From positions 67,246-131,245 of the forward strand of contig CAIMNJ010000018.1 of assembly GCA_903842795.1 (NCBI GenBank): a stretch of 64,000 nt of DNA. Reading direction: 5' to 3'. Both the position numbers and the translations under genes were made by a program. Below the pieces are notes generated by a model. That model searched no databases, was not told the DNA's origin, and saw only the letters and a list, made by a program, of their open reading frames with translations. Origin of the DNA: an uncultured bacterium. Lineage in GTDB: Bacteria > Patescibacteriota > Microgenomatia > UBA1400 > PJMF01. Shown piece by piece: positions 21,715-31,113 of this stretch (its first letter is position 1; each line of letters starts with the position of its first letter).

Positions 21715-22335
21715 CTAAACTGATTTCAAGCGACGCGCAGCCATTTCTTCATCAAAAATGCGCAAAGCAATCTTAAATTCCTCTAGGTTTTCAACAATAC
21801 GATAAACTTGAGCTTCCTTATAGCCAATCATAAAATTCTTGTGCACTACATCCATAAATTCATGCCAAAACTTACCATAAAGAATCATTGGTTTGTGATT
21901 GCCATAATATAAATGCGCCAAAAGCCAAGCAGTGGCCCATTCACTCAAAGTGCCGGTGCCACCCTTAAAACACACAAAGAGATCAGCGTTATCCATCAAG
22001 CCAAACATGCGCTCAATATAGTTGGCAGTTTTAATTTCTTTGTCAGCAACATTGAGCTCATCACGACCTTCAAATTCTGGCAAGTCTTGTGGATAAAAAG
22101 TAACAACCAAAGTTTTACCACCGGCAGACTCAGCTCCATTGGTGGCAGCACGCATAATTCCAGGACCGCCGCCGTCAATTACCATTTTGCCTCTTTTGGC
22201 AACATGTTTGGCAGCTTGGTAAGCTTCGTCGTAAGCTGGATCAGTTTCGTCTAGATCAGCACTACCATAGAAAGCAATTTTCTCAATTCTAAGAAGGCGA
22301 TTGGCCTTAGGAACAACAACTTTTTTATTTGACAT
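21715..22335 (-). CDS. LOG-family protein (TIGR00730, cytokinin riboside 5'-monophosphate phosphoribohydrolase-like Rossmann fold)
   Basis: GGGPGIMRA and the PGGTGTLSE-like motif (FKGGTGTLSEWATAW). The start is set at the internal MSNKKVVV (22335), which reduces the overlap with rpe. Confidence 0.75.
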   Translation of the reverse strand: MSNKKVVVPKANRLLRIEKIAFYGSADLDETDPAYDEAYQAAKHVAKRGKMVIDGGGPGIMRAATNGAESAGGKTLVVTFYPQDLPEFEGRDELNVADKEIKTANYIERMFGLMDNADLFVCFKGGTGTLSEWATAWLLAHLYYGNHKPMILYGKFWHEFMDVVHKNFMIGYKEAQVYRIVENLEEFKIALRIFDEEMAARRLKSV

Positions 22336-22990
22336 GGGACAGAAATTCCTCCACAGCTTGTTTGTAATTACTTGCTTTATTAAAAGCGGAATTAACAGTA
22401 ACACCATGAATTCCACTGTTTTGCAAAGTTTCAATATTATCTAAATTAACACCACCATCGATAAAAATACGCATTGGCTCACCAGTAGCAATTTTTGCTC
22501 TAACTTCTTTGATTTTTTCCAAAAGCAATGGATTCTGCACTTGTCCAGAAGCTCCAGCTTCAACACCCATTAATAGAATTGCATCCATCCAATCCCAACT
22601 ATTTTCATCAATAGCCTCAATTGGCGTGTAGAGATCTAAGGCTAAACCAGCTTTCCAATCTTGCTTTTTGACTTCTTCCAGAAAAGCTTCCTGATAAGAC
22701 ATTTTTTCAATTTGACCGTAAACGGCTCTAATTGGTAAATGACGGCAATATTCTTCCATTTCCCAGACATAATCCATCGGTTCTTCCGTCATTAAATGAA
22801 AATCGATTTGCAATTGACCAAAATCGACATCCACTAAGTCTTGTGGAGTAAAAGTATGCACATCGGCAAAAAGACCATCAACTATATCTATCTGAATTGC
22901 CTCTAAACCACTATCTTTAGCTAACTCAATTTGTTTTTTTGCTAAATCAAGATTGCCAGTAAATACATTAGCACTAACATCTAAATTCAT
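22325..22990 (-). CDS. rpe: Ribulose-phosphate 3-epimerase-like TIM-barrel protein
   Basis: IDIVDGLFADVHTFTP (compare RPE HxDxMDGxFVPN), a C-terminal IDGGVNLDNI, and adjacency to rpiB (4-nt overlap). The assignment is by motif similarity plus context. Confidence 0.6.
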   Translation of the reverse strand: MNLDVSANVFTGNLDLAKKQIELAKDSGLEAIQIDIVDGLFADVHTFTPQDLVDVDFGQLQIDFHLMTEEPMDYVWEMEEYCRHLPIRAVYGQIEKMSYQEAFLEEVKKQDWKAGLALDLYTPIEAIDENSWDWMDAILLMGVEAGASGQVQNPLLLEKIKEVRAKIATGEPMRIFIDGGVNLDNIETLQNSGIHGVTVNSAFNKASNYKQAVEEFLSHVK

Positions 22991-23439
22991 GATTGTTCCT
23001 CGTAATTACTAATTTGTTGCAATCTTCTAAAATGTCTTTCACTCTCATCAATTGGTGTTTGCATGAAAATCTCAAATAACTTAATCATTTCTGATAAAGA
23101 TAAATAATCACCACTAAAAGCAATTATATTGGCATGATTATGACTTTTGGCGTGAGCAGCAATCTTTTCGTTATAAATTTCCACAGCTCTAATCCCTTTG
23201 ACTTTGTTGGCTGCAATCACCATTCCAGAACCAGAACGGCACAATAAAATTCCTAGATCTTGCTCTGACTGAACTTTGCTGGCCACCTGCAAAGCAAAAT
23301 TAGGATAGTCATCCTCTGAATCAAGTGTTAAAGCACCGCAGTCTTCTACTTCCAATTCGAGATGATTGCTTGCCAAATAATTCTTGAATTCTTCTTTTAG
23401 CTTAAAGCCACCGTGATCACTACCTAGATAAATTTTCAT
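22987..23439 (-). CDS. rpiB: Ribose-5-phosphate isomerase B (RpiB/LacAB family)
   Basis: MKIYLGSDHGGFKLKEEF...GILLCRSGSGMVIAANKVKGIRAV, the RpiB signature including the catalytic Cys region. Confidence 0.88.
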   Translation of the reverse strand: MKIYLGSDHGGFKLKEEFKNYLASNHLELEVEDCGALTLDSEDDYPNFALQVASKVQSEQDLGILLCRSGSGMVIAANKVKGIRAVEIYNEKIAAHAKSHNHANIIAFSGDYLSLSEMIKLFEIFMQTPIDESERHFRRLQQISNYEEQS

Positions 23440-23544
23440 AATTACAATAATAACATTAGCCTACTACAGAGTCGAACTCCTGTCTGTCCTTGCTCGGTCT
23501 CATCCTCCATCTCCACTCCGGATATTCCCTAGCGAAGCTCGGTC

Positions 23545-23575
23545 ATAAAAAACCCCGCTCGAAAGCGGGGTTTTA
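23545..23575 (-). terminator. Rho-independent terminator (structure is bidirectional)
   Basis: AAAAACCCCGCTCGAAAGCGGGGTTTT: a 6-bp GC-rich stem with a 6-nt loop, flanked by an A-run and a T-run. It lies immediately after the stop of ORF 23603-23806. Confidence 0.7.
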
Positions 23576-23602
23576 TGTTTTCACAAAAAGTGAAGACGAA
23601 TT

Positions 23603-23806
23603 TTATTTCTTCTTCAAAACTGGCATACCAGTTCTCTTGGTCTCAACTACCTGGTAGGCAGCTGGAACGGCACTTAAAGAACCTTCACGGACATCACGAG
23701 CGAAGAAGTAGATAGTTTGAACTCTACCATTCTTCAAGGTGACTTCTCTGGTGTGAAGGTAATAGGTTTGACCCTTGGAGTTTGTATAACTGTAGGCGGT
23801 TGCCAT
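23603..23806 (-). CDS. Hypothetical small basic protein (67 aa)
   Basis: Complete ORF with its own terminator downstream and a palindrome (CTCTGTGATTCACAGAG, 23822-23838) just upstream of the RBS. No recognisable family. Confidence 0.45.
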   Translation of the reverse strand: MATAYSYTNSKGQTYYLHTREVTLKNGRVQTIYFFARDVREGSLSAVPAAYQVVETKRTGMPVLKKK

Positions 23807-23943
23807 ACTTTACCCTTCTTTCTCTGTGATTCACAGAGAATAATTTTTATTACTAATTAAGCCTAGCACACTTGACTAGCTTATCAAGAAGCAATTTCCT
23901 TTTTTTTGTGTCAAAGTGCATCTAAAAAGATCAAAAATAAAGA

Positions 23944-24465
23944 CTAATTTGCCTCTGGAGCGGTTAATTCTGCTTTCAAGAGCACATCTTGCAACATTAA
24001 ATCAGAAGCTTTGGTCACTACTACTCTAACTGGAAGAACATCGGCAGAAATCATAGCGCTACCAACATAGCCAGCTTTAGAGAAAGCAAGGTTAAAAACA
24101 CGCTTGCTAGCTTCACCATTTAAATCAGTTAGCCAAACAGCATATTCTTCTTTAGAACTTGGTAAATTTGCAGTGACAGTAAAGCTTAACTTGCCATCTT
24201 TAATCTGATAGCGCAATTCACCGACTGCTTGCTCTGAACCCTGCATATCTAACATTTTGTAATCAGTAGCACCTTTGATAATACTATTTTGCAAATCCTT
24301 AGATAAGCTCTCTACTTTTAATTGAGAATCAAGCAAGCTCAATGGAGCTTCAGCTGTCTTGCCCTTATACCAACGAGCAAACATGATCACCACAAAGATG
24401 ATCGCAATTAGTGGAAAAAGATATGGGAGCAGGGCTTGCAGTTTTTTTGACATATTTCCTTGCAA
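23944..24465 (-). CDS. Hypothetical N-terminally anchored protein
   Basis: 173-aa ORF with one TM helix (LLPYLFPLIAIIFVVIMFARWY) and a soluble domain. Confidence 0.5.
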   Translation of the reverse strand: MQGNMSKKLQALLPYLFPLIAIIFVVIMFARWYKGKTAEAPLSLLDSQLKVESLSKDLQNSIIKGATDYKMLDMQGSEQAVGELRYQIKDGKLSFTVTANLPSSKEEYAVWLTDLNGEASKRVFNLAFSKAGYVGSAMISADVLPVRVVVTKASDLMLQDVLLKAELTAPEAN

Positions 24466-24508
24466 TAAGTATTACTATGATCCCATTCTGCCGTGAAAAT
24501 TTACTTTG

Positions 24509-25078
24509 TCAAGATAGAGTCTCGATATACCTCTTGTACCAGAGGCCAATTGCCACCTTAGCAATACTCGAATATTCGTCAGTACGATTGGTAAAACCAC
24601 TAGTAAGATAGCCAATCATGCCAGCTTTTTTGCGTAAATCTGGATCATCCGCATATTTTCCAAGAGCTGGACCCATCTCCTGACCAGCAAGCAACATCTC
24701 TGAAATAAAATCTGGCAAAGGAAAGCGTGCGCCGTTGCTAAAATATTCCTGACCTTTTTGATCTAGAGCTACCACCCAAACAGTTGACCACAACTCATTT
24801 TGATTGGTAGCGAAAGTTGGATGAAAAGCTCCGCCCTCCAAACCGACACATAACGAATCTTCATCTGGAAGAATTAGTTTATTTTTCAAAGCAAGCCTTC
24901 TAACAAACAAGGCTCGATTGGTGGCTCCAAGTTTAGTTTCTTCATCACTCATTGGCTGAGCAGAAACACCACTATCCACTTCTAAGCCAATAACCTCTAC
25001 TTCTGGAAACTTGTCGGCAATAGCTAAAGCAACAGCATTAGTTTTAACTGGGTTAGTGGAAGCAACAATAAATTTCAT
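24509..25078 (-). CDS. Inosine/xanthosine triphosphatase (YjjX / DUF84 family)
   Basis: MKFIVASTNPVKTNAVALAI...EVDSGVSAQPMSDEET, the YjjX N-terminal signature (non-canonical purine NTP house-cleaning). Confidence 0.75.
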   Translation of the reverse strand: MKFIVASTNPVKTNAVALAIADKFPEVEVIGLEVDSGVSAQPMSDEETKLGATNRALFVRRLALKNKLILPDEDSLCVGLEGGAFHPTFATNQNELWSTVWVVALDQKGQEYFSNGARFPLPDFISEMLLAGQEMGPALGKYADDPDLRKKAGMIGYLTSGFTNRTDEYSSIAKVAIGLWYKRYIETLS

Positions 25079-25094
25079 TTTAAGTTTTTTGTTC

Positions 25095-25586
25095 TTATGG
25101 CTTTAGAAAAGCTGCACGAGCAATTTCTAAAACAAATTCACCCTTCTCACCACCAAAATCATAGTTAGATAAACCATCTATTGAAACCCAAGCATAATTT
25201 TGATGTTCGTCAGAAATAACAATTTCAGTTTGAGAAGTTGAAGAAAAATCAAGCACCCAACCACAAATAATTGTGTAAATTTGTTTTTCACTATCAAAGT
25301 AAGTTGAAAAATGGACCAATTGATCTAAAGGGAAGTTGCTTTGTATCACATCCAATCCTGTTTCTTCAGTAATCTCTCTACTAATATCGTCCAAATGCAA
25401 ATTGGTAGCAGAAAGCTGTTCTGCACTTGGCCATTCGCTATTACCACCAGGAAGATCCCAAGAACTTGGCCTAGATAAAGCATTAACGCTTCTTTGTAGA
25501 AGTAAAATTTCTGGAGTTTCGCCATTATGACGAAGAATAGCCACTTTTTGCAGGATTTTTACATTTTCAGTCAATTGATGTTGCAT
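25095..25586 (-). CDS. NUDIX hydrolase
   Basis: Nudix box: LPGGNSEWPSAEQLSATNLHLDDISREITEETGLDV (GX5EX7REUXEEXGU pattern). Confidence 0.75.
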   Translation of the reverse strand: MQHQLTENVKILQKVAILRHNGETPEILLLQRSVNALSRPSSWDLPGGNSEWPSAEQLSATNLHLDDISREITEETGLDVIQSNFPLDQLVHFSTYFDSEKQIYTIICGWVLDFSSTSQTEIVISDEHQNYAWVSIDGLSNYDFGGEKGEFVLEIARAAFLKP

Positions 25587-25616
25587 AGATATATGGCCAT
25601 TCTCTCAACAATCGAC

Positions 25617-26150
25617 CTACTTGGCAAGTGAAAAGGCCAATTCTATTTCTTTTAGGATTGAACTAGCCAATTCTGCTTTGTATTTTCCATACAAATCTTC
25701 TAGTGAAAACCAGGCTATTTCGGTTGATTCACCCTCTGCTGGATTAATTTCCAAAGAACCATTTAGTTTAGCCAAGTAAGCAAAATTTAAGTGCTTCTCA
25801 CAACCTTTTTGCCACAGTAAATTTGGCATAAATTCTGATTTATTTTTAAAAGAATTTAAACGGAGATCATAATTCTCCCTACAAACCCAATGCTCGTTAA
25901 CCACAAATGGAATTGGATGAAAAAGGTCATCGTTTTCTATAGAGCGTGGCTGAAATAATGAACTATAGACCTGAACTTTAATGCCTGTTTCTTCCAAAAA
26001 TTCTCTCTCTGCAGCCTGGTGTGGCAATTCATTACCCTCAATATGACCTCCTGGACAAAGCCACTGTTTGAGTTTTTTATGCTTAACTAAAAGGACCTTC
26101 CCGTCATGAATAAGAGTAGCTGAAGCTGTCAAACAAATTTTTGGTTTCAT
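25617..26150 (-). CDS. NUDIX hydrolase
   Basis: Nudix box: CPGGHIEGNELPHQAAEREFLEETGIKV. Confidence 0.8.
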   Translation of the reverse strand: MKPKICLTASATLIHDGKVLLVKHKKLKQWLCPGGHIEGNELPHQAAEREFLEETGIKVQVYSSLFQPRSIENDDLFHPIPFVVNEHWVCRENYDLRLNSFKNKSEFMPNLLWQKGCEKHLNFAYLAKLNGSLEINPAEGESTEIAWFSLEDLYGKYKAELASSILKEIELAFSLAK

Positions 26151-26157
26151 ATTGAGC

Positions 26158-26742
26158 TTAGATTAGACTCATTTGTACACCACTTGCTTTGGAGCTGGTA
26201 AAAGAGAAATCTACCGGAGCTTCTATTAAACGATTCCATTTGTTACGAAATTTAACTTTGCCATTTTTGAGACCATAATCATAAACATCGCGCGTCACCG
26301 CCACATCCTGTAAACAATATTTTTCCAAGGCTTCCCAATTGCCTGATTTAAAATATTTAATGGCATCTAAACCATCTCCAGACTTACCAATTCCTAAAGT
26401 CTCTTTTGCCACTGCATCCAAACCAATACGATGTCCAACACTCTTTTTGATACGATCCATCACATCTAAAGTAGGAATACGACTAATATCTGCGCTGTAA
26501 TAAGGAATAAAAGTAGGCATATCAAAACCATCAATATTAAAACCAACCACTACATCAGCCCGCTCCAAAAGAGGAAAAAGCTTGGGAATATCCTTTTCGA
26601 AATAAGACTGCATTTCGCCTTTTTCAAAACGACCAGTACGCACACAAACACCAACAAAAGAAATGCCTAATTTTTCTGGAAAATAACCGCCAACATCATC
26701 AAAAATTTGTTTGGTTTCAACATCGAGAATGACTTCCAACAT
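26158..26742 (-). CDS. DEDDy-type 3'-5' exonuclease-like protein
   Basis: Exo I ILDVET, Exo II VVGFNIDGFDMP, and Exo III with YxxxD (KYCLQDVAV) match the DnaQ-like 3'-5' exonuclease triad of the DEDDy subtype. Assignment is from motifs only. Confidence 0.55.
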   Translation of the reverse strand: MLEVILDVETKQIFDDVGGYFPEKLGISFVGVCVRTGRFEKGEMQSYFEKDIPKLFPLLERADVVVGFNIDGFDMPTFIPYYSADISRIPTLDVMDRIKKSVGHRIGLDAVAKETLGIGKSGDGLDAIKYFKSGNWEALEKYCLQDVAVTRDVYDYGLKNGKVKFRNKWNRLIEAPVDFSFTSSKASGVQMSLI

Positions 26743-26791
26743 AGAAAAATATGCTAAAGCAAATTTAGAAAGATGTCTAGAATTTGTTTGG

Positions 26792-27421
26792 TTACTTTTT
26801 CAGTCCCAACTGGTAGCGCTCTTCAATTTTTTGCCAATCCAAAACTTGCCAGATTGCTTCCAGATATTCTGGACGACGATTTTGATACTTTAGGTAATAA
26901 GCATGCTCCCAAACATCAATACCCATAATCGGATAATGCTTGCTGAGTAAAGGAGAATCTTGATTTGGTAAAGAATAAATAGCTAATTCTTTTTTCTCAT
27001 TTAGCACCAGCCAAGCCCAACCAGAACCAAAATGCTTGGTAGCAACATCAATTAATTGAATTTTGAAATCTGCAAAAGAATTAAACCTGGCATTTATGGC
27101 AGCGGATAAATCGCCTACCGCTTCTCTAGAACCATTTGGCGACATGATCTCCCAAAAAAGATTGTGATGCTCAAAGCCGCCGCCATGATTTTTGATGGCT
27201 GTAGCAATATCTATTGGAGTTTTAAGCTGTACGCGATCAGCAAAGTGCCAAAGTAAATCTTCTGCACTTAAAGCTGCCAAGTCAGGATAATTAGTTAGAG
27301 CAGTATTTAATTTGTCTAAATAAGTTTGATGATGCTTGTCATGATGAATGTGCATGGTAAGACCATCAATGTGTGGTTCAAGAGCTTCATAAGCATAGTT
27401 CAGGGCTGGAAGTGTGTACAT
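26792..27421 (-). CDS. sodA: Fe/Mn superoxide dismutase
   Basis: HHDKHHQTY and DVWEHAYYLKYQNRRPEY metal-ligand motifs, 209 aa. Confidence 0.93.
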   Translation of the reverse strand: MYTLPALNYAYEALEPHIDGLTMHIHHDKHHQTYLDKLNTALTNYPDLAALSAEDLLWHFADRVQLKTPIDIATAIKNHGGGFEHHNLFWEIMSPNGSREAVGDLSAAINARFNSFADFKIQLIDVATKHFGSGWAWLVLNEKKELAIYSLPNQDSPLLSKHYPIMGIDVWEHAYYLKYQNRRPEYLEAIWQVLDWQKIEERYQLGLKK

Positions 27422-27502
27422 AAGTCCTTTTTTCTATAATAAGTATATTTAGAAATACATATAGATAGTAATCTATATGTGCATAAAAAGCAACTTTTCA
27501 AG

Positions 27503-28369
27503 TTACTTAGCAAGACTTTCTGAGGCAATGCGATTGAGCTCCATCAAACGATCTCTAACTGTAGTATCAATGTATTTTTGAATTCCAAGTAAATCTAAAG
27601 TCTGATCAGAATTTCGATAACTAGAAATTTCTTTCCAAAGAACTGATCCTAGACAATAGCCAGCAGCACCATTTTCCATGGCCATACGAAATTTTTCTTT
27701 GAAAGAATCGTAGGTGTCTTGTTCATCAGCCATAATTAAACAGGGTATGTCCAACTCACTGATAATAGTCGCCACCGCCAATGGATTAGGGGGATTTTGA
27801 ACAGCTATAAGGTCTGTGAGAGATCTTAATTCTTGGACAGCTGTTAATTGATTTTCTTCAAAGTTAAACTCTGTTTCAGCTTTTTTTTGCAAATCGAATT
27901 TTGAAGGATCATAAATTTTTAATTTAAGTAAAAAATCAATATTAAGAATCTTTGAATATTCTCTAATCTCTGCCAATAATTGATGCTTTTCAATTACCTT
28001 TGTCTCTTCCGGATGATAATTAAGTTCTAATTTGGCTAAAGCATAGTTATTACTGACTTCTTCCAAGCTAAAATTTGGAAAAAGCAATGGCATACTATCT
28101 GGTAAATTTTCTTTATCTTGTTCTAAACGCAGAATCGCACCGGTGTTTTGATCTTTTTTAGCCAAAAATTTAAAGGTGTAAATTGGATCAAAAATAACGC
28201 CAGTCACTTCTTTACTAAGCACTAACAATTTTTCATTAACAATATCAAGTAAATCAAGATTATCTGGTAAGGTTAAATCTAAACCCAATAAGCCAGCTAA
28301 TTCGCGATTATTATCCAATTCTAGGATAGCAAAAAAAGAAGCCGAGCTTTGCAAATAGGCAGCGCGCAT
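27503..28369 (-). CDS. Hypothetical protein, possibly a class I aldolase-like TIM barrel (LacD/DhnA-like)
   Basis: 288-aa ORF. The C-terminal AAGYCLGSVLWKE resembles the glycine-rich phosphate-binding loop of DhnA/LacD aldolases. The similarity is weak. Confidence 0.3.
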   Translation of the reverse strand: MRAAYLQSSASFFAILELDNNRELAGLLGLDLTLPDNLDLLDIVNEKLLVLSKEVTGVIFDPIYTFKFLAKKDQNTGAILRLEQDKENLPDSMPLLFPNFSLEEVSNNYALAKLELNYHPEETKVIEKHQLLAEIREYSKILNIDFLLKLKIYDPSKFDLQKKAETEFNFEENQLTAVQELRSLTDLIAVQNPPNPLAVATIISELDIPCLIMADEQDTYDSFKEKFRMAMENGAAGYCLGSVLWKEISSYRNSDQTLDLLGIQKYIDTTVRDRLMELNRIASESLAK

Positions 28370-28401
28370 AAATTAATATAGCTAGTATAACGGAAATTAG
28401 A

Positions 28402-28437
28402 CAAAAACAAAAAAGCTCCAGTTTTTAGGCTGGAGCT
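28402..28437 (-). terminator. Rho-independent terminator after pnp
   Basis: On the minus strand an 8-bp stem (AGCTCCAG...CTGGAGCT) is followed by TTTTTTGTTTTTG. Confidence 0.7.
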
Positions 28438-28463
28438 TCTAAGATTTTGATTACTGAAGAAAT

Positions 28464-30866
28464 TTAATATCTTCTGTCGCCGCGATCTCCACCACGGTCA
28501 CCACCTCTTCCACCAAAGGAAGGACGGCGGTCGTAACCACCTCTATTGCCGCGATCTCCACGATCTCCGCCAAAGCGGCGACCACCACCAAAACCACCTC
28601 TGTCACCACCGCGACCGCGACCATTATCATCGCTTTCGCCACGAGCAGCCTTGGCAGCTTTAGCAGCTTCTTCTTGTTCTTTAGTGAGCATAGTCAAAGC
28701 AATCTTACCTTCTGGGTTGTATTCTTTGACACGAACATGAACAATGTCGCCAACTTTGTAAAGATCGTTAGCATCTTTGACATATTCGGTGGACATATTG
28801 GAAACATGCACTAGGCCTTCACGACCTGGTAAGAATTCGACAAAAGCACCATAACCCTCAACACGAGTAATACTGCCGTCAAATTCGTCATCGACTTTGA
28901 CTTCTCTGGTAATATCTTCAATCATCTTGACTGCACGATCAATCGCAGCTTGGTCTGGAGAAGAAACATTGATGACACCAGTTTTATTTTCTTTGTCTTC
29001 CTCAACATTCACTTCGGCACCAGATTTCTCGATAATATCTTTGATTACTGAGCCACCAGAACCGATGACGGCGCCAATTTTCTCAGCTGGAATAACCACT
29101 TGAGCTACTTTTGGAGCATATTGGCTCAAAGCAGTTCTTGGTTCGCTAATACATTTCATCATTTCACCCATGATATGCAATCTGCCTTCAAGAGCTTGAC
29201 CAAGAGCTTTGACCAAAACTTCTTTTGGAATACCTTTGAGCTTAATATCCATCTGGATAGCAGTGATACCTTCTTTGGTACCAGCCACTTTGAAATCCAT
29301 ATCACCAACATGATCTTCCAAACCTTGAATATCTGACAAAACAACAAATTTCTCACCATCAGACATTAAACCCATAGCAATACCTGCAACTGGTTTCTTA
29401 AGAGGTACACCAGCAGCCATCAAAGCCATAGTAGAGCCACAGACAGAAGCCTGAGAAGTTGAACCATTAGAACTCATAATGTTACTGACCACATGAATGG
29501 TGTATGGAAATTCTGCTTGATTTGGCACCATTGGCAAAAGGGCGCGCTCAGCCAAAGCACCATGACCAATTTCACGTCTCTTTGGATAACCAATACGTCC
29601 AGCTTCACCAGAAGCATATGGAGGCATATCGTAGTGGTGGAAATAGTGACGAGTTTGTTCACCAGCCATATCCTCCACTAATTGACCAAGAGATGGATCA
29701 CCAAGAGTGACCACGGTTAAAGCTTGAGTGGCTCCACGTTTAAACATTGCACTACCATGAACTCTAGGGAGCAAATCAACTTCACACCAGATTGGTCTGA
29801 TTTCAGTGGTTTTACGGCCATCTGGACGGATACCGTCTTCAAGAATCATACGACGAGCTTCAGCTTTCATTAAATCGTGGAAAATGCTGTTTAGCATACC
29901 TTCATTTAATTCACTAACTTCACCCTCAGCTAATTTGGCAGTATCTTCGGCCAAAATTTGAGCAATTAAGTCACTTAAACCAGTTGACTCAAGACGACCT
30001 TCTTTATTAACCATGTCGTTGATTTGAGTTTTGTAAGTACTGACCAAACGATCAACAATTGTTTGCTTAGCAGCAACTTTTTCTGGATCTTCTGCATCGA
30101 CCAAGACAAGCTTCTCTTTGCCAATTTCGGCAGCTACGGCCTCAATTTGTTCACAAATTTTGGTAGCCTCATCTTGAGCTCTAAGTAAAGCCTCAATCAT
30201 GATTTCTTCAGCAACCTCATTGGCTCCAGCCTCCACCATCACGATGGAATTCTTTGAAGCGGACACGATCAAATCAAGATCATTACCTTCGGTCTGACTA
30301 CGCAAAGGATTAATGATGAATTGTTTATTTTCATCCAAACCAAGACGCATGCCAGCAACTGGACCATCAAATGGAATATCTGAAATTTGTAAAGCAATAG
30401 CAGTGCTAAGCAAAGCGATCATATCTGGCTCATTCTCGCCATCATAAGATAGAACTGTACTGATTACCTGTACTTCATTGGTAATGCCATCTGGGAAAAG
30501 TGGGCGCATGGTGCGATCGATAACACGAGCACGAAGCACACTATCATCAGTGGGACGACCATCACGCTTGACCCAGCGAGAACCTTTGATGATGCCGCCA
30601 GCGAAAAGTTTTTCCACAAATTCAACTGACAATGGGAAATAGCCAAGATTGACTTTTCTGCCCAAAGCGACAGTGGTGTGAACAATTGTTTCACCACAAG
30701 TGGCCAAAACAGCGGCGCTGACCTGTTCACTAAATTTTCCTACTTCAAGATGAATGACTTTGTCACCCACCACAATATCTTTCTTATAAGTATTTCCATA
30801 CTTTGGATAAGACATATTTTTCTTTCTTGCCTCGCGATCTGCGCGAGAACATTTTTGGAAATTCAA
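28464..30866 (-). CDS. pnp: Polyribonucleotide nucleotidyltransferase (PNPase) with an RGG/RGD-rich C-terminal extension
   Basis: Two RNase PH domains, KH (GSGGSVIKDIIEKSGAEV) and S1 (GYGAFVEF...GLVHVS). An additional ~60-aa tail is rich in RGG, GDRG and GGDRGG repeats. Confidence 0.95.
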   Translation of the reverse strand: MNFQKCSRADREARKKNMSYPKYGNTYKKDIVVGDKVIHLEVGKFSEQVSAAVLATCGETIVHTTVALGRKVNLGYFPLSVEFVEKLFAGGIIKGSRWVKRDGRPTDDSVLRARVIDRTMRPLFPDGITNEVQVISTVLSYDGENEPDMIALLSTAIALQISDIPFDGPVAGMRLGLDENKQFIINPLRSQTEGNDLDLIVSASKNSIVMVEAGANEVAEEIMIEALLRAQDEATKICEQIEAVAAEIGKEKLVLVDAEDPEKVAAKQTIVDRLVSTYKTQINDMVNKEGRLESTGLSDLIAQILAEDTAKLAEGEVSELNEGMLNSIFHDLMKAEARRMILEDGIRPDGRKTTEIRPIWCEVDLLPRVHGSAMFKRGATQALTVVTLGDPSLGQLVEDMAGEQTRHYFHHYDMPPYASGEAGRIGYPKRREIGHGALAERALLPMVPNQAEFPYTIHVVSNIMSSNGSTSQASVCGSTMALMAAGVPLKKPVAGIAMGLMSDGEKFVVLSDIQGLEDHVGDMDFKVAGTKEGITAIQMDIKLKGIPKEVLVKALGQALEGRLHIMGEMMKCISEPRTALSQYAPKVAQVVIPAEKIGAVIGSGGSVIKDIIEKSGAEVNVEEDKENKTGVINVSSPDQAAIDRAVKMIEDITREVKVDDEFDGSITRVEGYGAFVEFLPGREGLVHVSNMSTEYVKDANDLYKVGDIVHVRVKEYNPEGKIALTMLTKEQEEAAKAAKAARGESDDNGRGRGGDRGGFGGGRRFGGDRGDRGNRGGYDRRPSFGGRGGDRGGDRGDRRY

Positions 30867-30961
30867 AGTGAGTGAGTATTCTGAAAAGAAGAGAAGAAAT
30901 TCTCGTCTTTTTGGAATCCTCGAAAACTCTCTTGAACTTCCTAATTAATATAGGGCTATTA

Positions 30962-31060
30962 TATTTCAGACCCTGTCTTTTTGCAATTTATTGAAAAAAG
31001 CAGCTGGTATGAAAGATGCTTTAGCGAAATTCAGACCCTTGGTATGAAAGATGCTGTGCA
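30962..31060. repeat. Intergenic repeat element in the pnp leader (copy 2 of the family seen at 10398-10560)
   Basis: CAGACCCTGTCTTTTTGCAATTTATTGAAAAAAGCAGCTGGTATGAAAGATGCTTTAGCGAAATTCAGACCCTTGGTATGAAAGATGCTGTGCATAGC shares ACCCTGTCTTTTTGCAA, AAAAAGCAGCTGGTA, GATGCTTTAGCGAA and GATGCTGTGCATA with the alaS-leader locus. Confidence 0.65.
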
Positions 31061-31063
31061 TAG

Positions 31064-31092
31064 CATAAAAAAGCCTCGCTTGTGGCGAGGCT
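31064..31092 (-). terminator. Rho-independent terminator after rpsO
   Basis: On the minus strand GAAAGCCTCGCCACAAGCGAGGCTTTTTTAT: an 8-bp GC-rich stem followed by a U-run. Confidence 0.75.
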
Positions 31093-31113
31093 TTCCATAT
31101 TTCAATTGTGAAA

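Noticed and set aside
28451-28740. Small ORFs 28451-28642 (-) and 28546-28740 (+) rich in Ala/Val or Pro/Arg
   Set aside because: These are alternate-frame translations of the GC-rich RGG-repeat-encoding 3' end of pnp. The reading-frame continuity of pnp and the S1 domain upstream support pnp as the real gene.
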